DNA from: Eledone cirrhosa
Lineage: Eukaryota
NCBI GenBank assembly: GCA_964016885.1
Contig: OZ024746.1
Location: forward strand, 49,290,001 to 49,354,000
Length of the DNA: 64,000 nt
Direction of reading: 5' to 3'
A program made the position numbers and the translations under genes. The notes under the pieces were generated by a model. It made no database searches. It was not told the origin of the DNA and worked only from the letters and a program-made list of their open reading frames with translations. Numbering within the stretch: the stretch's first letter is position 1; each line of letters opens with the position of its first letter. Of the stretch, positions 54,783 through 64,000 are shown one piece after another.

Positions 54783-55970
54783 CTATTGGGGTGATAACCC
54801 GTTTAGTTTTGGTTTAAATTTGTTAAGGAATAGATTTTCTTTGTTTATTCTTTGTTGCTGTGTGAACGAATCTGAGCACTTGTAGAAGGGGAAGATTTTA
54901 AAGTTGGGTAGTGTCATTCCTGCGCAGTTCGCAATATGGCTGCTCAAGGGGATTTTTCTTGTGTTAGCGTCCCGGATTTGTTGGCGGTGGATGGTCATTA
55001 TTTTGCATAATGAGTTGCCCGTCTGTCCTATGTAGTTGTGTTTGCACCCACCGAAAGTTATTGCGTAAATCAAGTTCGAGTTGCAGGTGAAATTGTTTTT
55101 TACTGTAAATGTTTGGCCATCTTTAAATGTAAATTTTTGTCCTTCAGTGAGGTAGAGGCACGTTCCACAGTTTGTTCTACCACATTTGGTAACTGTAGGT
55201 TTGAGGATTGGTTTGGGTATATTTGGTCCAGTGAGAATGCGTTTTAGTGATTTGGGTTGTCTTTTACTTTTAAGGATCTTGTGTGTTTCAAGAATAGACT
55301 TCATTTTTACATCTTTAAGTAGGATGGGGAGGTTTTTGTGTAGGTGATCAAACATTTCGGTATTTCTGGGGTTGAAAGTGGATACATATGGCAGGGTGTT
55401 GAGTGTGGTTTTCTGTTTTGGATTGTTAAGTTGATGGGGATTTAGGTGTTTTGCCCTGTCTATTCCATTGTTGATTATTTCAAGTGGAAAGGCTCTTAAG
55501 ATAAGGGTGTCTTTTAGTTCCTTTAGTCTTTGCTCCCGTTTAGGTGGATCTGATACTATGGTACATATACGTTTGGCCAAATTGTAAGGAATGTTAAGTT
55601 TTGTATGTTTTGGGTGACTTGATGTGAAAAAGAGGTATTGCTTGGAATCTGTGGGTTTATAGAATATATCTGTATCTAATTTCCCGTCTATTACAGAGAT
55701 GAGAATATCCAAGAAGGCTAATTCCTTGGGATTGGATTCCATTGTGAATTGTATGTTATTATCTATGTTGTTTATCATGTTTTTAAACATAGTAAGTGAG
55801 TTCATGTCTTCTTGCCATAGGATAAAGCAGTCGTCTAGATATCTTTTCCAATTGGCTTTGAGGTGTGTGTGGAAAGAGTCTCCAAATAAGAGAAGGGACT
55901 GACTGTATATTTGTTGTTCATGGAAACCCATGACTAGGTTGGCATATGTGGGTGCTACTTTCGTGCCCAT
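54783..55970 (-). CDS. PLE RT core, thumb and GIY-YIG ORF segment (upstream part frameshifted)
   Basis: YLDD, FLDILI, FYKPTDSKQYL, SSHP, NLIYAITFGGCKHNYIGQT, KENLFLNKFKPKLN. Confidence 0.85.
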   Translation of the reverse strand: MGTKVAPTYANLVMGFHEQQIYSQSLLLFGDSFHTHLKANWKRYLDDCFILWQEDMNSLTMFKNMINNIDNNIQFTMESNPKELAFLDILISVIDGKLDTDIFYKPTDSKQYLFFTSSHPKHTKLNIPYNLAKRICTIVSDPPKREQRLKELKDTLILRAFPLEIINNGIDRAKHLNPHQLNNPKQKTTLNTLPYVSTFNPRNTEMFDHLHKNLPILLKDVKMKSILETHKILKSKRQPKSLKRILTGPNIPKPILKPTVTKCGRTNCGTCLYLTEGQKFTFKDGQTFTVKNNFTCNSNLIYAITFGGCKHNYIGQTGNSLCKIMTIHRQQIRDANTRKIPLSSHIANCAGMTLPNFKIFPFYKCSDSFTQQQRINKENLFLNKFKPKLNGLSPQ

Positions 55971-57052
55971 TGCAGTACCTGATACTTGTCTGTATGTTGA
56001 ACCATTGAATGTGAAGTAGTTATTTTGTAGGATAAAGCGGAGTCCGTCAGTGATAAAATCTTTGTTGATGCGTGTCGCGATATGTCTGATGGGTGTGTGT
56101 TAAGCCAGTATTGGACTGCTGTTATTCCATAGTTGTGGGGTATGTTTGTGTAGAGGTTTATTACGTCAAAGGAGACAAGAATTGTATTTGCACTTACTGT
56201 TTTAGGGAGTCAAGGTCATCTCGTATGTAGCTCTGTATATGTTGTAGAAAGGGTTTCAGTAGGATGTCTAGAAAGTTGCCAAGTCTGTGGGTTTCACATG
56301 TAGGGCCTGCTATAATTGGCCTGAGTTTTAGGTCTTCTGGTGGTGTTAGTTCAATGTAATTGTTGGTTGAGATGTCACATGCATCGTTTATGGATTTACA
56401 TTTGTGGAGTTTCGGTAAGCCGTAAAAAGAGCTTGTATTGCATTTGAAGTGGCTTATATAATTAAACTCTTTTGTGGTTAAGCTGTTGCGGTATTTATTC
56501 AGTAAGGTCAAAAGGTTCCCCATTGTTTTGGTGTGTTTGTAGTTTTCTGTTTTTTCATAGTATGTGTTGTTTTCTAAAATGTTAAGTGCGAGGGTCCTAT
56601 AGTAGTCCGTATTCATAATGACAGCAGTACTGCCTTTATCGGCTTCTTTGATGGTTATCTCAGGGTTGTTTCTAAGTGTGAATAATTCTTCCCATTCGTG
56701 TGTAGATAGGTTTGATTTCGTGTGTTTATTTGTAATTTTTTCATAGGGAAAGTTGGTGATGTGTCCAGTGCTTTATTTCTTCCCTTTTGTGGGCAGAAAT
56801 TGCTTATTTCTAACCAGTGATTCGTCTTCAGTGTTGGTGTCGTTGCGGGGCCCAATCTACATGAAGAACTCAATGTGATCAGAATGACTTGTATTTTAAT
56901 TTCACTGTCCTAACTTCTTATATTATGGAAAAAATATATGTGTATGTATGTATATATATATATATTTGGAGGCCATTTCTCTATGTGTGTGGGTGTATGT
57001 ATGTGTGTGTGTGTGTGTATGTGTGTGCATGTGGATGTATGTATGTGTATGT

Positions 57053-57090
<38 letters not shown>

Positions 57091-57332
57091 TATCTGGATG
57101 TATGCGTATGTGTATATATATGTGTATATATATGTGTGTATATATGTGTATGTACATATATATATATATATATATGTGTGTGTATGTATGTGTGTATCTA
57201 GATGTATGTGTATGTATATATATGTGTATGTGTGTATATATATATGTGTGTGTATGTGTATATATGTGTGTGTGTGTGTGTATGTGTGTATGTATATGTA
57301 TGTGTGTGTGTATGTATGTGTGTATATGTATA

Positions 57333-57383
<51 letters not shown>

Positions 57384-57760
57384 ATATGTGTATATGTATG
57401 TATATGTATATGTATGTGTGTGTGGATGAGGGTATGTGTGTATATATAGGTGTAAGTGCACTAAATCCCTTTCTATCACTCTTCCCTCTTCTACCGACCA
57501 CAGGGAGATATATGTATGTATATTGCTTCCACCCCCTCACTGACCAGCAGCTGGCCATCTGGCCATTGCTAAATCTGACCTTTATAAAATAACCCACTCC
57601 CCAAATAACTCCTCATTCACTACCAGAAAGGCACACAGCAGTCAACTTGCTGCTACCAAGATGAAAACTACTATGAAATCCCACACTGAATTTTATACTT
57701 GAATTTTCAAATCTCAAATTTTAACTCTTCTTATTATTAATTTTCTTAATATTAATCAAC

Positions 57761-57802
57761 ATTTGAAAAGATGGCTTTTGCATACCCATCGAAACCGGTC
57801 AT
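57761..57802 (+). ncRNA. Hammerhead, U3-A8 variant (mirror copy at 53380-53423 on the minus strand)
   Basis: at-TTGAAAA-gatgg-cttttgcatac-ccatc-GAAA-ccgg-TC-at. Stem I is weak. Confidence 0.65.
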
Positions 57803-58218
57803 TTTTTATACCCTTTATTATTTCCTTACCTTATAAAATTATATATTTTTTCACAAAAAAGTATTCTGTCTCTTATATATTCCATGTGCCATTACCAACC
57901 TCAATTTTCTCTCTCTCTATATATATATATATTTATATATATATATGTATATATATATATATACATATATGTACACATACATATGTGTGGACATGTGGTT
58001 AAAGAGTTCGTTTCAGAACTGTGTGGTTTAGGGTTCAAGCATGCTACACTGAACCTTGAGTAAGTGACCTCTACTATAGATACGGAATGACCATGCAATA
58101 CCTTGTAAGAGAAATGAGCCCTCTTATTATTTATATTTTTTATTATTTTTTTTATTTTCTTCCCTAACTTTCCCTTACAAATCTTTCGTACAACTGACCC
58201 CCCCCCCCCAATCTAAAC

Positions 58219-58254
58219 TTTTCTGAAGAAGCATTTCTGTACGAAACGTCGAAA
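58219..58254 (+). ncRNA. Minimal hammerhead ribozyme
   Basis: tttt-CTGAAGA-a-gca-tttc-tgt-ac-GAAA-cg-TC-gaaa. Confidence 0.6.
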
Positions 58255-58339
58255 CCTCCTCTACTTTCACCAAGCGTGAATCTAATATAACAGTGTAAAA
58301 TTTGCCTGCTGTGTTTTGTTTGTTTCATTTATCCATAAT

Positions 58340-59104
<765 letters not shown>

Positions 59105-59542
59105 TTATTTTATATATATATATGCATATTTATATACAAATATATATATATATTTATATATATATATAAGTATGTATACGTACATATATGTATACAGACG
59201 TACAGTAGTATGTATATACATACATACATGTACACATATATATATGTACGTATGGGTTTACCGAACATTTATTATAATCTTGGGTTATATATATATATTA
59301 TATTAAATTGTATTATGTTATATTATATATATATATATAAATATGTATGTATATATGTATATATATATATATATATATATAGTTAACAGAATAGAGGTGT
59401 AACACACAAGTTATTATATATTGGTAAACGGAATAGAAAATGCTGACAAATTGTTCACAGTTGAAAAATGGTTTAATTAGGAATAAAAGAGTATTAATAA
59501 TTGTATGGGTTAGTATTCAGTTGTGGTTTTAAGTTTTTAAGT

Positions 59543-59579
59543 TTTTACCGGTTGCGCATTTCTAAATGCTTTTCAAAAA
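59543..59579 (-). ncRNA. Hammerhead, U3-A8 variant with GAAA mutated to GCAA (probably inactive)
   Basis: Minus strand: ttt-TTGAAAA-gcattt-ag-aaatgc-GCAA-ccgg-TA-aaa. Confidence 0.6.
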
Positions 59580-59640
59580 TAATTTTGAGATAGAGTGTCC
59601 GTGTTGTTTGCTCTGATCTGATTAGTTTTGGGAATTCTAC

Positions 59641-59889
59641 CTGTTTTTATGTTAAAAAAGTGGCTCCAGCGCTACTTTGGTGTTGCAAAAATTCTTGTGG
59701 TCAAAACAATTTTGATTGGTCGGTAGAGATCATGTGAATGTAAAAAATTGATTTTGCCCCAAGACTGGTTTTATGTTAAAAAAGTGGCTTCAGCGCTACT
59801 TGGTGTTTGCAAAAATTCTTGTGGTCAAAACAATTTTGATTGGTCGGTAGAGGTCATGTGAATAAAAAATTGATTTTGCGCCAAGACTG
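59641..59889. repeat. ~123-bp tandem duplication inside the PLE pLTR
   Basis: tttatgttaaaaaagtggct...ccaagactg occurs twice. Confidence 0.9.
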
Positions 59890-59911
59890 AGAAATGACTC
59901 TTTCACAACAA

Positions 59912-59970
<59 letters not shown>

Positions 59971-60040
59971 GTAGTAGTAGTAAGGTGTTCGATGTTGTGA
60001 TAATGGTTAGCAGGGATGTGTGTCAAATGGCTATTAAGAT

Positions 60041-60143
<103 letters not shown>

Positions 60144-63100
60144 TCGTGGTAGCAGGGATGGTCAGTAGAAATGTGTCTGTAAGCAGTGGGGGGTATTTTA
60201 GCATGTCAAAAGATATTTTTCAGCTTTTGTCTTATACGGAGAAGTGTGTGTGTGTGTGTATAAGTCTCTTTGTATGTTAATGTACGCGTGTGTATGTGTG
60301 TGTGTGTGTATATATATGTGTGTGTGTGTGTGAGAGAATGTGTGTGTGTGTGGGGGGGTGGACCAGTATTTTTTTCCCCCTGGTAAAATGGTGTACATTA
60401 TTCGATTTTTTCAGTAAAAGCGGTTCTCTTCATAGAACATCAAAAATCTTAACAATAAAAGGTGTGAAATGATATTCACTATATATATATATATATACAT
60501 ACATATATTCACTATATATATATATACACATATATTTGTTTGTGTTGCACCATAGAGCATGTGTGTTTACGTATGTCATTGTGTTTATATGTGGGTAGAG
60601 ATGTGTGCTGATGTAGGTATGTATGTTGACGTGTATATGTTGTGGGTTCGTCTTAGGGAGAGGTGTTTAGACGGGGTCCGTATTTGTTAATGAAGTAAGT
60701 TTCCTTGCTGATGCGCTGGGTGTGGGTGGCATTATCTTTAAATTTGTAGAGGGGAAAAAAGTGCCGCTTGGTTCCTACACTATGAATCGACTTTTCAAAC
60801 GGATTACACCTCCAATAACCCGTTCATAAAAATAGGAAAACCCATAACTGAACCGCACAACAACTTCTCAAACCCCCAAGCCACTAACAAACGAAGAAGG
60901 AAGAACCACGCCGAAGATGAACTTCCCAACCTCGCTACCATAAGAAGGAACAAAAACCCAAGAAATCATCTCCCCCAGAATGACATTTACAACTTTCCCC
61001 CTTCAAGTAGACACCATACCAAATCACTCAACTACTACGCGGATGCCTCATCGTCAAACATAGGGAAAAGATACCACCACCATGATAGATGTAACAACTT
61101 CCACGCTTCAAGGGGACTGCAAGGTAATTACCATTTTCTCAACTCTCGCTTCCACAATACACAACAAAATCCACACCACACGATACAACCAACAACGTAG
61201 GCCACTTATAACACCACAATACAACATGGCACATAGAAACACACCCATACTCGCAGTACAGGAACACCCCATTCAATCTACAACCACCAACCCGAACCAC
61301 ATTTTACAACAACAAGGAATATAACAAACACAGGAGACCACTTAACATCAGCAGACAACTCCTCTACCCCAACCATTTTTAGACACAGCACACAGATACA
61401 GGCAAACAAAATAACACAAGATAGGGAGGGGAAACCGATAGTAATAAAAATTATCAATCTTACTAGTGCAGAACCAACACCCAACCTTATCAACTTACTC
61501 TCCAAAGTTCTTAAATTCACACCGACCCCACTACGTCCTAACTACTATGAAATGAAGGAAGACATCACAGACTTCTGTAGAAAGTTACGACTTAGTGAAC
61601 AACTATTCGACCAGTACAATGAGGATGAATCATTAGCCAGAAATAGAAGCAATTACACCCCTTCAAAAGGTAGAAATAAAATCCTGGACGAATTCTGTGA
61701 ACACATCACAAACTTCCCTTACCAACACTTGCACAGACAAAAACACAAGCCAAACCTCAACAAGAAAGAATGGGAAGAATTAAATAGATTAAAAACCGAC
61801 AGAACCATTACAATTAAAGAGGCTGATAAAGGGAGTACAGTAGTCCTAATGGAGACAGAATTCTATATCAACTTAGCGCTCTCCACTTTGGAAAACGAAA
61901 CATACTACGAAAAGGCTGAACACTACAATCAACAGAAAATTATGAGAAACCTAAAAACTCTAATCATCCAATACAAAGAAGGACTCACTAACAAGGAATT
62001 CAGCTTCATCACAGACTTCACAAGTAAATCCAGCCTTTTCTACGGTATCCCTAAAGTACATAAAAGCGAATCAATAAGTAAGGCATGCAAGGAAGCCACA
62101 GACATAGTCATCAATGTCCCTCACCCAATGATCTCAAATTAAGACCTATAATAGCAGGCCCCGCTTGCGAAACGCACCGTCTTAGCAACTTCATTGATAC
62201 CCTTCTCAAACCCTTCCTCAAGCACATCAAAAGCTATATAAGGGACGACCTAGATATGCTCAATCACCTCCCTAATATGCCACTTTCTGAACAAACCCTA
62301 CTAGTGACGTTCGATGTAGTCAACCCATACTCCAACATCCCCCACAACCTAGGAATAGAAGCTATCCAATTCTGGCTGGATAATTTCCACAATGAACTCC
62401 CACAACGCATCAAAAAAGAATTCGTGATAGAGGGACTCAAATTTATCTTGGAGAACAATTACTTCGTTTTCAATAACAAACCCTACAGGCAGAAATCTGG
62501 GACCGCTATGGGAACGAAAACAGCCACTACTTATGCCAACCTAGTCATAGGATACCTGGAAATCACCCTCTACACTAAAGTCCTAAATTAATTTGGAAAC
62601 ACCCTCCACTTACACATTGAAAGGAACTGGAAGCGATATCTAGATGACTGCTTCATCCTTTGGCACGAAAACATCGAAAAACTTAAAGAATTTCACGCCC
62701 TTATAAATGGGCTCAACACAAATATTAACTTCACGATGGAATACAGCCATCAACAACTCCCCTTCCTCGACATCCTCATTAAGATCCATAACAAAAAAAT
62801 AGAAACAGACATATACTACAATCCCACAGACTCCAAGCAATATCTCCCCTTCAACTCTTGCCACCCTAGACACGTTAAAATTAATATTCCCTACAACTTA
62901 GCCAAGAGAATCTGTACTATAGTCTCCAATAAAAACATCTGCTACTTACGGCTACAAGAACTAAAGGACACACTCATAGGCAGGGACTACCCTGCATCAC
63001 TAATTGACAATGGAATCCAACGTGCCCTAAAACTCAGTACCCAGGACCTTAGACACCCTAAAGTAAATCAACCGAAACTAAAAGCTCTTCCATACATCTC

Positions 63101-63799
63101 CACACACAACCCCCTCAACAATGAGGCCTTTGACACCATCCTCCAGAACATCCCTGTGTTGAAAAAGGACCATAGAATGAACCAAATCCTACGAACACAC
63201 GATATCATAAAGAGCAAAAGACAATCCAAGTCAATGAAAAACATCCTAACACATGCCAAAGTATAACAACGAAGCCCACAGTAAAAAAAATGCGATAGAC
63301 CCAACTGTGGCATTTGCATCAACCTAATAGAGGGTTCGGAATTCTATTTCAAAGAAGGACAACGTTTTATAGTAAACACAATTTCACATGTGCATCGGAA
63401 AATCTAATATATGTATTAACTTGCTCAGGTTGTCGAGAACAATACATAGGCCAGACCAAAAACAGCCTCCGCCAACGCATGACTGTCCATAGATCCCAAA
63501 TTAAAATACGGGAATACAGGAAAATACCACAGAGTGAACAGATTGATACCTGTGCCGCCCAAAATCATCCAAACTTCAGAATCTTTCCCCTCTACAAATT
63601 TAAAGATAATGCCACCCACACCCAGCGCATCAGCAAGGAATCTTACTTCATTAACAAATACGGACCCCGTCTAAACACTTCTCCCTAAGACGAACCCACA
63701 ACATATACACGTCAACATACAAACCTACATCAGCACACATCTCTACCACATACAATGACATACGTAAACACACATGCTCTATGGTGCAACACAAACAAA

Positions 63800-63833
<34 letters not shown>

Positions 63834-64000
63834 GTGAATATATGTATGTATATATATATATATAGTGAATATCATTTCACACCTTTTATTGTTAAGATTT
63901 TTTATGTTCTATTAAGAGAACCGATTTTACTGAAATAATCGAATAATGTACACCATTTTATCAGGGGAAAAAAAATACTGGTCCACACACACACACACAC

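Overview
Repeat-saturated, AT-rich eukaryotic DNA. It is most likely an octopod cephalopod, inferred from the tRNA-derived SINE family and the extreme (TA)n/(CA)n/(TACA)n microsatellite load. Almost all ORFs in the supplied track are microsatellite artefacts. The real coding signal comes from retroelement relics: several Penelope-like elements (PLEs; RT plus C-terminal GIY-YIG, Neptune-like and Naiad-like, several with inverted pseudo-LTRs), plus RTE, L1/Tx1 and CRE LINE fragments. Non-coding elements include SINEs, TA-flanked MITEs and two non-autonomous Helitrons. The most striking hidden layer is catalytic RNA: roughly 20 hammerhead-ribozyme (HHR) motifs can be read by eye. They include (i) a ~625-nt, non-coding, circularly permuted tandem repeat at three loci, with one full-length type I HHR per monomer (a candidate unusually large non-LTR retrozyme or circRNA system), (ii) several HHRs with a compensatory U3-A8 core instead of C3-G8, and (iii) HHRs with very large or branched stem II insertions. 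Host-gene evidence is limited to a few low-confidence exon and promoter candidates. All structures were paired by eye; no folding program or database search was run.
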